Shown in pieces: positions 13,239 through 26,795 of a stretch of DNA of 64,000 bases. The translations under genes and the position numbers were made by a program. Origin of the DNA: Octopus vulgaris (Eukaryota); assembly GCA_951406725.2 (NCBI GenBank), contig OX597819.1:72044001-72108000 (forward strand), read 5' to 3'. The first letter of the stretch is position 1. Each line of letters starts with the position of its first letter. The notes below the pieces were generated by a model. It made no database searches. It was not told where the DNA came from and saw only the letters and a program-made list of their open reading frames with translations.

Positions 13239-13330
13239 TGTGCAGTTAGTTCAATGGACCAAATGAGGAAACATACTTTCTTTATTGAAGCTTTTATGTT
13301 TGGACGTCTATCAGTTATATATACATATAG

Positions 13331-13406
<76 letters not shown>

Positions 13407-13483
13407 TTATATGTATATATATGTGTATATATATATGTATATATATCTATATATATGTATGTATGATATATAATATATGTATG

Positions 13484-13532
<49 letters not shown>

Positions 13533-13700
13533 ATGTATGTATATATATATATATATGTAATATGTGTATGTATGTATAGATGCATGCATGTATACATCTA
13601 TATATGCATATATATATATATACAAACTCATGCATAAGCATACGAATGTATATGTATATATGTATGTATGTATATATATATGTATGTATACAGTATTATA
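12530..13700. repeat. Microsatellite/low-complexity block (CA, CATA, TG, TA)
   Basis: Directly visible; explains the many YI/HT/CV ORFs here. Confidence 0.95.
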
Positions 13701-14399
13701 CTATTATGTACATAGAGTTTCCCCCAAACACGCACCTGTGCTTACTCTATGCAAGCATGCAAACACATACACATCTCTGTTTGTGCTTTTTATTGGCAGA
13801 GCTGAATGTTTGTCAATGTGTACATTGAAGTGATGTTGCTTTTCGTATGTTTGGCGCAATGTCAAATCGTAGAATGGCGTCTTGAAACATCAATACCAAA
13901 AGTCTATATAAGTATTGTAGAACACAAAACGAATCTCGTTAAAAAAACATCACGCTTCTGGCTTGTAACGTGAAAATTATTGCCCATTGTGCTTCTGTTA
14001 ATATTATGGTTTTTAAGTCATTTTTGTTCCGAGTGCATTTCATTTTCTTTGATCTCACCACAAGTTTCTCCAACGGAAGAGAAAAGTTCTGATTGTTGAT
14101 TTGTATTTCACTGTTCAATGAAATATAACGATGACCCATAAAACCAATATTTCTTTCTTATTTATTTATATACTCATTTATTTATTTATTTATTTATTTA
14201 TTTATTTCGTGCGTTTCAAGATCTGATGCGATATTTGTCGGTCTTTTCCATGACAGTGTGCTTCTTTCTGTATTAAATAAATATTTCGATCTGAGCTCCA
14301 TTCTACAACTAACCCCATCTCTTGAAAATTTTTACACTCATTTATCACCAAACAATGGCTCTTCCCCCCTTTTCTTTGGCCCCTTCAACCTGAACTGGT

Positions 14400-14556
14400 T
14401 TTATTTCACCATAGTTACTTATCACACACTGGAGTGACGTGGAGCTTTGCAGAGTTTTCAAAGTACACTGGGTGTCCACTATAAAACCACCTATGCTGGA
14501 GCTAAAGGTATGTTTAAAGATGGAGGCGACCAATTTGACTTACTGCGCCACTGTTA
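14400..14556 (-). mobile_element. Possible diverged tRNA-head SINE
   Basis: Reverse complement begins agtggcgcagtagtc (A-box-like); no second copy recognised. Confidence 0.3.
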
Positions 14557-14674
14557 TCTCACCCGTTCCTAGCAGTCTTATTCTACTTCTTACACAATGC
14601 CTTACTCGACCAATATACTCAAAAATTGGATTAATGAAAATTAATTATAAAGTTTTTAGCTGTCCATTAGTATT

Positions 14675-15073
14675 ACTCTTTTACTTGTTTTAGTCATTTG
14701 ACTGCGGCCATGCTGGAGCACCGCCTTTAATCGAGCAACTCGACCCCGGGACTTATTCTTTGTAAGCCCAGTACTTATTCTATCGGTCTCTTTTTGCTGA
14801 ACCGCTAAGTGACAGGGACGTAAACACACCAGCATCGGTTGTCAAGCAATGCTAGGGGAACAAACACAGACACACAAACACACACACACATATATATATA
14901 TACATATATACGACAGGCTTCTTTCAGTTTCCGTCTACCAAATCAACTCACAAGGCATTGGTCGGCCCGGGGCTATAGCAGAAGACATTTGCCCAAGATG
15001 CCACGCAGTGGGACTGAACCCGCAACCATGTGGTTGGTTAGCAAGCTACTTACCACACAACCACTCCTGCGCC
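14675..15073 (-). mobile_element. SINE family A, full length, low divergence
   Basis: Reverse complement aggcgcaggagtggttgtgtggtaagtagcttgc..gcggtgctccagcatggccgcagtcaaatgactaaaacaagtaaaagag. Confidence 0.95.
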
Positions 15074-15103
15074 TATCACCATAATAATAATAATAATAAT
15101 AAA

Positions 15104-15607
15104 TGCCCTGATGCAATACCAAGCAGTGACTCGCATGGCTTCTAATCTTAACTGATTCAAAGTGTTATCATGTACACTGTTTTATGTTGGTATAAAAGAT
15201 GGGCTACAGCAAATATTCTGCTCAATACCACAGATTTGCTTAACCTTAATCAGTTGAGCATGTTCCTTGGTGGTTGACGATATGTGCATCTCTGATAACG
15301 AGCAGAATTAGTGAGGGTGGAGGGGGGCATCATAGCCATATGCTGGGAAGAATTCTTTGGGGTTTGAATAACATGGGTGTTTCGTTCAGCACCCTGAAAC
15401 AACCCTTATTCAAGGACGTTTTGAGTGTGATGGGTTAGTCGACCTGAAGAAAATTCTAACTGGGCCCCCACCTGTTTATTTTGATATGAGATCGCGCACA
15501 TGTGGTTTTGATGCATGTGCCTGGCGTACCTTTATCAGAGAGGGAGTCATGTTGGGTATATTGGACCCCGTATAGTTACACTGATGGCATGCGCTGCTCT
15601 CTTACTC
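15104..15607 (+). mobile_element. About 0.5-kb non-coding interspersed element flanked by (TAA)n (family T), copy 1
   Basis: Collinear with 45502-45992 and 46221-46759; (AAT)n on both sides; orientation inferred from truncation pattern. Confidence 0.88.
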
Positions 15608-16230
<623 letters not shown>

Positions 16231-16246
16231 ATAATAATAATAATAA

Positions 16247-16652
16247 TCCTTTCTACTATAAGGGCTGAAATTATTGGGGGTGGAGTGCGGGGACTAGTCG
16301 ATTATATTGACCCCAGTGTTCCAATGGTACTTAATTTACCGACTCCGAAAGGATGAAAGGCAAAGTCGACCTCGGTGGAATTTGAACTCAGAACATAGCA
16401 GCGGACGAAATACCGCTATTTCTTTACTACCCACAAGGGGCTAAACATAGAGGGGACAAACAAGGACAGACAAACGGATTAAGTCGATAACATCGACTCC
16501 AGTGCGCAACTGGTACTTAATTTATCGATCCCGAAAGGATGAAAGACAAAGTCGACCTCGGCGGAATTTGAACTCAGAACGTAGCGGCAGACAAAATACC
16601 GCTAAGCATTTCACCCGGCATGCTAAAGATTCTGCCAGCTCGCCGCCTTAGC

Positions 16653-16694
<42 letters not shown>

Positions 16695-16890
16695 TTCAAA
16701 TTTTGCCACAAGGGCAGCCATAAGTCGATTACCTCGACCTCAGTGTTTCACTGGTTCTTAATTTATGAACTTCGAAAGCATGAAAGGTAAAGTTGACCAC
16801 GGCGGAATTTGAACTCAGAACTTAGCCGTGGGTGAAATAACGCTAAGCGTTCCATCTCAGCATGGTAACGATTCTGCCAGCTCGCCGTAA
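16247..16890 (-). mobile_element. Cluster of three SINE family B units
   Basis: Three repeats of gaaaggatgaaaggcaaagtcgacctcggcggaatttgaactcagaac (about 16350, 16535, 16775); heads ..gccagctcgccg at about 16645 and 16885. Confidence 0.93.
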
Positions 16891-17496
16891 TAATAATAAT
16901 AATAATAATAATAATTTTTACCGTTTCGACAACATGAATAAATAGTTGTTTCCACAATAGTTATGACAGCGCCTCAACAAACACTATACAGCAGAACAAC
17001 AATAAAATGCTATACCAATAACAACAACAACACTTGTAGCAAAAACAACGACAACAAAATCGAAAATGTCCTCAATAATTCAGGGGTTTTTGTTTTGTTT
17101 TCTTTTGTACTGTTTTTTTTTTTTTTGTTTTTTTTTTAGTTTGGAGGAATATAAATTTGAAATCTGTAAATTATTTAAGCAAATTTCGCGAAAGAAATTC
17201 AGTTTAAAATGATAATTTTGAATTATTAAAAAGAAAATTTATTGATTTTATTTTCTGTAAATAATTCTCTAATTTCTGTTGAATTATTTAAATTAAAAGT
17301 CTGAAATTTATTGAAATCATTAAAATCCGTAATGTTTTGCTAATAATCCGAAATTCTGCTTCTATTAAATCAAACTCCAGCACGGAGAAAACAAAATCAA
17401 AAAGAACAGAATCAAAACGGCTAGAACAACATTATGATGATGCTGTTGTTGTTGTTGCTATTCTTGATTTAATTGTTGCTGTATTTTAATTGTATA

Positions 17497-17640
17497 GATG
17501 CAGGCAACCACGTAGTTTCGGGTTCAATCCCACTGCGTGGATCTTTGCGCGAGAATCTTCTACAGCACCTCCGGATGACACCAATGCTTAATGAGTTAAT
17601 TTGACAGAAAGTGTGCGGAGGCCCGTCGTGTATGTAATAT
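17497..17640 (+). mobile_element. SINE family A, degenerate 5' fragment
   Basis: aaccacgtagtttcgggttcaatcccactgcgtgg..ggcccgtcgtgtat. Confidence 0.7.
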
Positions 17641-17735
17641 GTATATGTGTATGTGTGACATATATATATTTATATAAATACATAACTATATATGCGTACA
17701 TATATACACATATTTGTATAAAATATATGTATTAT

Positions 17736-18022
17736 AACAATTGCAGCGGGGAAGGTGTTTATAGGCCATTCAAAAAACACAAAAGCCATTAGATTCACTT
17801 GAACATTTAAATTTAGTTTCTCAAAATATTTTCGTCGCTTTGAGACCGCGACCTGTTCATCGGCAAAATTTCGTGCTGCATCTCATTTTGTAAGTGAACA
17901 GGTCACGGTTTTAATGCGACGAAAATATTTTGACACAAATTAAATTTAAATGTTAAAATGAATCTAATGGCTTTTGTGTGTTTTTTAAATGGCTTATAAA
18001 CACCTTCCACGTTGCAATTGTT
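17736..18022. repeat. 287-bp fold-back palindrome with a hammerhead-like motif in each arm
   Basis: Arms 17736-17869 and 17886-18022 are reverse complements (aacaattgca..gaaggtgtttata / tataaacaccttc..tgcaattgtt), about 16-nt loop. Confidence 0.92.
17889..17935 (+). ncRNA. Hammerhead-like motif with G3-C8 swapped core
   Basis: UGUAA-GUGAACA-G-GUCAC(9 nt)GCGAC-GAAA-AUAUUU-UGACA; the opposite arm gives a perfect GUCGC/GCGAC stem II. Confidence 0.45.
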
Positions 18023-18099
18023 TCTGTTTCACCACACAATGTCTCAGATCAAGTAACTTGCTATGCAAGTACACCTCCGTAACATGTATTATATCTTCT

Positions 18100-18480
18100 A
18101 CATATGTATGTGGGAAATTCTGTCTGTGGGTGAGTTTTGTGGAGCTGTTAGCTAACTCCACTCATATCGTTTTATCGATCTTGATGAAACTTGACACGAG
18201 AGTAAAACTCATGTCTGGAAAACTCATGGCTTACTTAGATTGTTGGAAAAGTCTATAATTGGGCCCCTGGAAGGAATCATTATATATATCTAATATATTT
18301 CATTTTAACATCCAAGGAAAATAACACATTCGCCCAGATTTTAACAGCCAAGGGAAATAACCCATTCATTTCCTAAATCATTTGGTATAAATCAAATTGA
18401 GTTTGCGTATTTCTTCGTATTTGAACTGTTAGAGTTATTTTCGTAATTTACCCAGTACAACCCTTAAACAAGTAAATAGT
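18100..18480 (+). mobile_element. Possible second Helentron/HINE-like non-autonomous element
   Basis: tctgtctgt followed by atcgatcttgatgaaacttgacac core and an internal direct repeat (ttttaaca.ccaagg.aaataac twice); ends not resolved. Confidence 0.4.
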
Positions 18481-18554
18481 AATTTCCTAAACAATAAATC
18501 CACTTATTTCGGTTAGTGACTTATTAACGAATATACCAGCACTAGCGCTGCTGA

Positions 18555-18700
18555 CAGACCACAGGGTCTGCTCCATGATTACTCATCTTTGCCTGCAGAG
18601 TGGGGAGGAGCAACGTGAATTAAAATGTTTGCCTCGAGAACACAATGCATCGCTCGATCCAGGAATCGAAACCACAGTCATACGATCATGAGTCCTGTAT
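18555..18700 (-). mobile_element. SINE family D-related fragment
   Basis: Reverse complement ggactcatgatcgta..ggtttcgattcctgga..tgcattgtgttctcgaggcaa..cacgttgctcc. Confidence 0.7.
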
Positions 18701-18863
18701 GAAACTCTCGCAAGCTCAAGTGCTCCAGGTATTATTAGTATAAATGCGAATTTATAAATCAGGATACAGAAGCTGGACCTTTCGAAACAGTTGTCCATGG
18801 TTATCCTCATTCTCTTTGCAAGTATGTATGTATGTATTTACGTTTGTATGTAGGACATACGTA

Positions 18864-18906
<43 letters not shown>

Positions 18907-18971
18907 CTTACATACGAACGTATGTATATATGTATCAACTGCATATGTATGTATGCATGTATGTGTATACG

Positions 18972-19337
18972 GTGGAGGTACAATCCCAGTGGTTAGGGCA
19001 GCGGACTTGCGGTCGTAAGATTGCAGTTTCGATTCCCAGACCGGGCGTTGTGAGTGTTTATTGAGCGAAAACACCTAAAGCTCCACGAAACTCAGGCCGG
19101 GAGTAATGGCGAACCATGCTATACTCTTTCGCCACAACTTTCACTCACTCTTTCTTCCTGTTTCTGTTGTACCTGTATTTCAGAGGGCCAGCCTTGTCAC
19201 ACTCTGTATCACGCTTAATCTTACCGAGAACTACGGTCTGTGGAGTACTCAGCCACTTGCAGGTTAATTTCACGAGCAGGCTGTTCCGATGATCAGATAG
19301 ACTGGAACCCGCGTCGTCGTAGCCGACGGAGTGCCAC
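18972..19337 (+). mobile_element. tRNA-derived SINE family C, full length
   Basis: cccagtggttagggcagcggacttgcggtcg..gtttcgattcccagacc tRNA-like head; second copy at 54228-54485 (-). Confidence 0.9.
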
Positions 19338-19486
19338 GATATATATACGAGTATGTGTGTGTGTATGTATGTATGGATGGATGTATATATCTCTATATGT
19401 CTCAATTTTTCAACCACAGTTTTTCCCAAAAAAATAGCTAGAATTTTGTATAAGGGTAGTTCTGAGAGTTTATTACGTATGTGTGC

Positions 19487-20640
<1,154 letters not shown>

Positions 20641-21578
20641 TACATCATATGGTAGAATATAAAAGATAACGAAAAGCAAAATAAATAAATAAAAATTAAT
20701 TTTAAGAAATGAAAAAATAAAAATAATTTATATGAAAAAACAACAATACTAAAAAAAAGCGATCGATGCCGTAATGTCTCATATTTCCTACCAACCATAT
20801 GTTGCTGGCATGAACCATTGAAGCAGAATATTATAACCAAATCGAATATGGAACCGAAGAACTGAAAAATAATAATGTAAAACATAAACATATCATAGAA
20901 AGAAAAAACAACCATATTTCAACTATGATTAGAATGAGAGAATGAAAGAATAAATGCTGTTTTTTTCTGTTTTCTTATTCTTTATTCGTACATGTTACTG
21001 TTGTTAGCACATTAGCTTTAAGATGAGAGAATATTATTGTTTAGTTGTATGTTTTTTTGCGTTATTCTTTTTGTATTTTGCATTTTTTTTTGTCTTGTTT
21101 CCTTCTGTATTATTTTCGTCTTTATTCCGAGGCGCTGGCAGTATATTAATATTGACTAAAAATGGTAGAATTGTAATGCTATAAACTCCATCACTCTTGT
21201 TACGTACAAATAACTTTATGTGTGTATGTGTGTGGTGTTAGGTGAGTGTGCGTGTGTGTGACTACATGTACATATGTATTTATATACATTTATATATGTA
21301 TATGTATCTATACGTACTTATATATGTATATGTGCATATACATAGTACGTATATACTATAAGTATACATTTATATACAGTATATATACATGCATGTATAT
21401 ACTATATACATACATTATGTATATGTCCACATATGTATACATATATTTATATATACATACATAAATGCGTATGTGTATATTTTCATACATATGTATTCGA
21501 GATTTATATATATATAATGTATGGCGGAGTATATGCATAATGTGCATGTATGTGTGTCGTACTTATATTTTATGATTA

Positions 21579-21634
<56 letters not shown>

Positions 21635-21666
21635 GTTATTATATTATTAATTGTTATTATATTTAC

Positions 21667-21716
<50 letters not shown>

Positions 21717-21819
21717 CAAGATATATGCATACATACATGTATATATATGTATATATATTCCATACCTTTTTATGTGCGCATGCAAGTAAAAGTTAGAAAC
21801 AGTAACAAATAGAGTTGAG

Positions 21820-21868
<49 letters not shown>

Positions 21869-22349
21869 TTGCATGTATATGTATGTATGTGTATTTACAT
21901 ATGTGCATGTATGTGTATATCTATGATTAAATATTTGTACGTTCTATGTATGTATGCATACGTGTGAGTATGTAAGTATATATATATGTACATGTATGTA
22001 TGTATGTATATATTTCACGCCACAAATACCGAATGTTTTCAATAATGAAGCTAAAGCGTTTTCTCATGTTAACCGGAAGTCACTTATGCGTTGTTAAAAT
22101 TAATGTTACCATATGTATTTTACTCCATGGTGTCTACGCAGAACAGGTTTTTTTTTCTTTCTTATTTTTTCTCCGTCACCAAGTCGACCGATCGATTTTG
22201 CTACCAACCAGGAATCTAGACTCTGGAGATACAGAACTGGCGTGATTTGCATTCCATGGTTCCACTGGGCATCAAAAAAACGAGTTGATTTTCAGTTTGT
22301 TAAATAAACAGAAATCAATTTAGAAACAATGAATGACCAGTTTGTCTTT

Positions 22350-22530
22350 TATATTTTACTTGCTTCAATCAATGGACTGTGGCCATGCCGGGGCATCACG
22401 TTAAATGGCTTTAGTCGAAGAAATAGATCCCTATTTTTAAAGTCTGGTTCTTATTCTATCCGTTTCTTTTGTTGAACCGCTAGGCTACGGGGACATAAAC
22501 AAACCAACGCCAATTATCAAATAGACACAC
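22350..22530 (-). mobile_element. SINE family A, 3' part
   Basis: ttttacttgcttcaatc..ggccatgccgggg..ttattctatc..gaaccgctag..acggggacataaac. Confidence 0.75.
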
Positions 22531-22554
22531 ACACACACATGTATACATACATAC

Positions 22555-22880
22555 ATGTAAAACTTTCCAGAAGTTTATCATTTGAATATATATATGAACA
22601 TGTCTAGATAAACATCTATATGCATAAGAATACATACATAAAACATATAAATCAGCACATACATACATACATACATACATACATACATACATACATACAT
22701 ACATACATACATACATACATACATACATACATACATACATACATACATACATACATACATACATACATACATACCCTGTTGTTGATGTTGAAATTCCAAT
22801 GAAGGAGCCTTCGATATAGATTAGTAACCGGTTCTTTCTCTATTGGTAAGAAATCTTAAAATAAACTGAATGACATACAT
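22555..22880 (+). mobile_element. 3' end of (CATA)n-associated RLE-LINE (last codons plus 3' UTR with internal CATA run)
   Basis: tgtaaaactttccagaagtttatcatttga = CKTFQKFII*, compare KICKTFLKF at about 33365; UTR ttccaatgaaggagcctt..aaccggttct resembles 26718-26790 and 33240-33336. Confidence 0.65.
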
Positions 22881-22889
22881 TCACACATA

Positions 22890-24141
22890 TTGGGTTTTCC
22901 GGAAAGTTCGTGCCGATTTTTAAAGGAAAGAAAAAGGTCAATAAATACTTGCCATTACATTTTTAATCAACCAAATATGAACCATTTTGTTGCACAGTGC
23001 GTCTCCAACTTTCCTTTAACTTGAAAATACTCTCTTCTCAGAATCGAGGTGGTTTCATGGCAAAAATTCATCAAGGTGTCTTTTTAAGTCATCCAAGGAA
23101 TTGAAATTTTTACCATTAAAACTATTCTGCGGTGACCTCAATAAGTGGAAATCCGAAGGAGCAATATCTGGTGAATATGGAGAGTGGGGTAACACATTCC
23201 AGCCGAGCTGCAGCAATTTTTGTCTGGTTCCCAAAGAAACGCGCGGTCTTGCATTATCATGTTGGAAAACAACACCTTTTCTGTTGGCCAATTCTGGACG
23301 TTTCTCTTGAATTGCAGCATTTAACTCGTCCAGTGGTGTGCAGTATTTCTCAGAATTAATTGTCTGGTTACTTGGGAGAAGCTCATAGAACAGAATTCCT
23401 TTCCAATCCCACCAGACACAAAGCAAGACATTTTTAGGGTGAAGACCTGCTTTTGGGGTGGCTAAGGGTGGCTCATGTCGCTTACTCCAGGATCACTTTC
23501 TCCGAACATTTCGGTAGATAATCCATTTCTCATCACCTGTCACAATTTGCTTTAAAAAAGGCGCGTTTTCATTCCGTTTATAAAGCAAATCACAGATGGA
23601 AATGCGATCCAAAAGGTTCTTCTCACTCTACTCATGTAGTACCCAAACATCGTAGTGATTTGTGTACCTAAGCTTTACCAGGTGCTCATGAACGACGGAT
23701 TTTGATAGGTTGAGGCTTTCTGCCAATTCTCGGGTTGTGCAATGTGGGTTATTCTCAATTAATGACTTGATTTGGTCATCATCTGTAGTGGATGGTCTGC
23801 CTGAGCTCGGAACCTTGCGAACCACTTCCGTACAGTTCTTTCGGATAAAGAAACATCACCGTAAACTGCGCATATTTCTTTGGTTGCTTGTGAGGTATTT
23901 TTCCCTTTACGGAAAAAGAAAAGCATCAAGGGCCGAAAATGAACTTTCTTACCTTCCATTTTAAAAGGTTACAGAATTAACACAGCTTATAGGAACATAA
24001 ACCTTCTTCAACGAAAAGATAACATAAACTGTGCTCTAAATGGAAGTGTAGTCAAATCCTATTTTATGGACTCAACCATGTTCTAAAATAAGTCGAAAGG
24101 TAAACTACTATAAATCGGCACGAACTTTCCGGACAACCCAA
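22890..24141 (-). mobile_element. Full-length mariner transposon (DD34D), decayed
   Basis: About 30-bp TIRs TTGGGTTTTCCGGAAAGTTCGTGCCGATTT / AAATCGGCACGAACTTTCCGGACAACCCAA with TA on both sides; about 1.25 kb. Confidence 0.97.
22963..23959 (-). pseudogene. Mariner transposase pseudogene
   Basis: MEGKKVHFRPLMLFFFRKGKN..RKWFARFR; SGRPS; WVLHE; VTGDEKW; HDNARP; YSPDIAPSDFHL; ..GSYLVD*; frameshifts and stops. Confidence 0.95.
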
Positions 24142-24404
24142 TACATACATAGATACGTACATAGATACATACATATATACATACATACATGCATACATAC
24201 ATACATACATACATACATACATACATACATACATACATACATACACACATACATACATACATACATACATACATACATACATACATACATACATACATAC
24301 ATACATACATACATACATACATACATACATACGTACGTACATATATACATACATACATGCATGCATGCATATATAAATGCATATATAAAGAGGAACTTCA
24401 ACAC

Positions 24405-24505
24405 AATTTCTTTGTCATAGTGGAAGGCATCAGCCCAAGGTGCTGACCTGTGGGACTGAACATGAAGCCACGTAGTTTCAAAGCGAGCTTTTTAAGCACA
24501 CAGCA
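24405..24505 (-). mobile_element. SINE family A head fragment
   Basis: cccaaggtgc..gtgggactgaac..ccacgtagtt..agcacacagc. Confidence 0.6.
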
Positions 24506-24574
24506 ACTTCAAACATGATCGGATGTGATAATCCCTGAATGAGTTTGAAGTCAATATGACATGGAGATAAAATA

Positions 24575-24790
24575 TTCTTTTCTACTCTAGGTACAAGACC
24601 CTAAATTTTGAGGGGAGGTGTCAGGCGATTAAATCGATCCCAGAACGCAACTGGTACTTAATTTATCGATCCCCAAAGGATCAAAGGCAAAGTCAACCTC
24701 GACGGAATTTGAACTCAGAACCTGAAGACAGATGAAATAGTGCTAAGCATTTCGCTCGGTGTTCTAACGTTTCTACCAGCTCGCCGCCTT
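24575..24790 (-). mobile_element. SINE family B
   Basis: caactggtacttaatttatcgatcccc..aaaggcaaagtcaacctcgacggaatttgaactcagaac..ccagctcgccgcctt. Confidence 0.92.
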
Positions 24791-25754
24791 ATGGAGATAA
24801 AATAGTAATTCATTCATATATCACGAAGTACAATAAATTTGAAAATACTTTTGTCAGTAGTGGAATTGGAGGATCTAGACGTCGTACTGCCAATGCGCCA
24901 ATCAATGAGAAATTTTACATCTTGATGTCTCTAGGCAACTTCTTGAATTAAAAGAGGGAACTATTTTCAAAGTGTCGTCACTAAAAGCAATTTATTTAAA
25001 ACCTTTGTCTTGCTTTCACTGTAATGTAATGGACAGAACCACTTTGAAATCCTTCCATATTTTTAAGAATCCCTTTGAACGTCTGTAATTACTTGCTGCG
25101 TTTATCTAACGTCCATCTTCTGGATTCGAATGTAGTATGAAAAGCTTTTTAAGAGCGAAGTTTTGCTAAATGCGATTTCGCATAGGACTGAAAATTAGTA
25201 GTTAGCTGTTGTATCTCCTTTCGTTGATCGCTTTTGTCATTCTGGGAAAGGAAAGCACTTGACTATTTTGGGGTTTTTTTTACTAATCTTATGAACCTAC
25301 CCCTACTTCATCTTATTTAATTGCAAATATTTATTCCTATACAAATTCCTTATAAAGTAATTCTACACACTATTTTCATCTTAACCATTCTCCCTTCTCG
25401 TCAATCATCAGCACTTCCTTATTTTACCGGATTTTTTTTTCTATTTCTCCATCTTGTATTTTTTTCTTCCCTAAACGCTTTTTCCCTATTTCCGTTTGTT
25501 CCTATCTCTACTAGTATTTTTCACCCTTCCCTATCTTTTCAATGTACTTCTCTTCCTTCCCCCTCTCTCTCTCTCCCTCTCTCCCCTTCACTCTCTCTTC
25601 TTCTTCTTTCCTTACACACCTAACTTTACACTGGATTACACAAAACAGATGATATATTTCAAGTATTTCATGCCAAAAATTAACTCTTCTCTCCAGTCTT
25701 GGAACTCACAAAGTCGCTTACTCGGTTTTCATAACATATAAGTGAAGTAACCGA

Positions 25755-25926
25755 GATCACAAGTTTTTCTTCTGGACGGGGGACGCCAGTCTGTCGCAGT
25801 CCATTTACAGCTGTGTGAAAGTGGAGCAACGCCAAATGAATACAATGCACCCCACGCTCTGGCAAATAGAAACCACACTCCTGCAATGGTGAGTGTAAAA
25901 TCCTAGCCACCGGACCATGCGCCTTC
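25755..25926 (-). mobile_element. tRNA-head SINE (family D-like head, different tail)
   Basis: Reverse complement gaaggcgcatggtccggtggctagg..gtggtttctatttgcc..gcattgtattc..cgacagactggcgtcccccgtccag. Confidence 0.65.
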
Positions 25927-26419
25927 ACTATTTCATTTTACCCCGCCTCCTCTTTTTAAAAATATGATATCTTTCTAGGACCCCCAGAAGCCTCTGTAAC
26001 AAACCATCGTTCAGTTTCTACTACATTCCGTTTCTTTCTCATTAAATTCACTCAGTTCTATAATAAAAACACACAGCTTTCTATCCCCTTTACTATTCTT
26101 TCACACCACATAATCACTCCGCATGAAACTGTTGCGTCAGTTATCATACGTCGAAATACAGTGTCTTTTAACTTGTCTCTGCAACTTGCCAGTTCGATAT
26201 TTTTTATTAAAATCTAAGAAACTCAGTCATCATAAGCCACGTTGTGACCAAATATTTATAAATCGACCAGTAATTTAAGATAATAATTTATTTCGTAAAG
26301 TGACGCCACAAACATCGAAAACACAACAGTTAAAATATCTATTTTAATGTTTGTGTGTACGTAATACATACGTACATATGTACATACATACATACATACA
26401 TACATAAATACATACATAC

Positions 26420-26537
26420 ATGAAACTGTTGAAATCTCTAAAACTTTCCAGAGGTTTACCATTTTAATATATAATAGCATGTCTAGATATGCAACTATAT
26501 GTAGGAGAATACATACGTAAAGCAAAACATACAAATC

Positions 26538-26579
<42 letters not shown>

Positions 26580-26795
26580 CATACATACATACATACATAC
26601 ATACATACATACATACCAACGAATTCGCACATTAGAAATACGATCTGTAAGTGGAACAGTGAAAATATGGAAGACACTTCACAAGTTTATTATGTGACAC
26701 TTTTTTCGTTATCTAAGTTCCAAAGTTGGAGCTTTGTATCTTTGCTGGAAACCAGCTTCTTCTTCAGAGAAATAATGAAAAACAGAAAAGAACAT
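26420..26795 (+). mobile_element. 3' end of (CATA)n-associated RLE-LINE, second copy
   Basis: gaaactgttgaaatctctaaaactttccagaggttt = ETVEISKTFQRF; shares atgtctagata..agaatacatac with 22600-22640; terminal UTR matches reverse complement of 33240-33336; ends in (CATA)n. Confidence 0.7.

Noticed and set aside
15104-15200. HDV-like ribozyme at the ends of the family T element
   Set aside because: I could not build the P1/P2/P3/L3 nested pseudoknot by eye on either strand.
16247-16890. Regularly recurring ~45-bp motif resembling a CRISPR-like array
   Set aside because: The repeats are cores of adjacent SINE copies with homologous, not unique, spacers; eukaryotic context with no cas genes.
23055-23426. 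SETMAR-like domesticated transposase gene
   Set aside because: Lies within TIR-bounded mariner DNA with frameshifts and stops; no SET domain.
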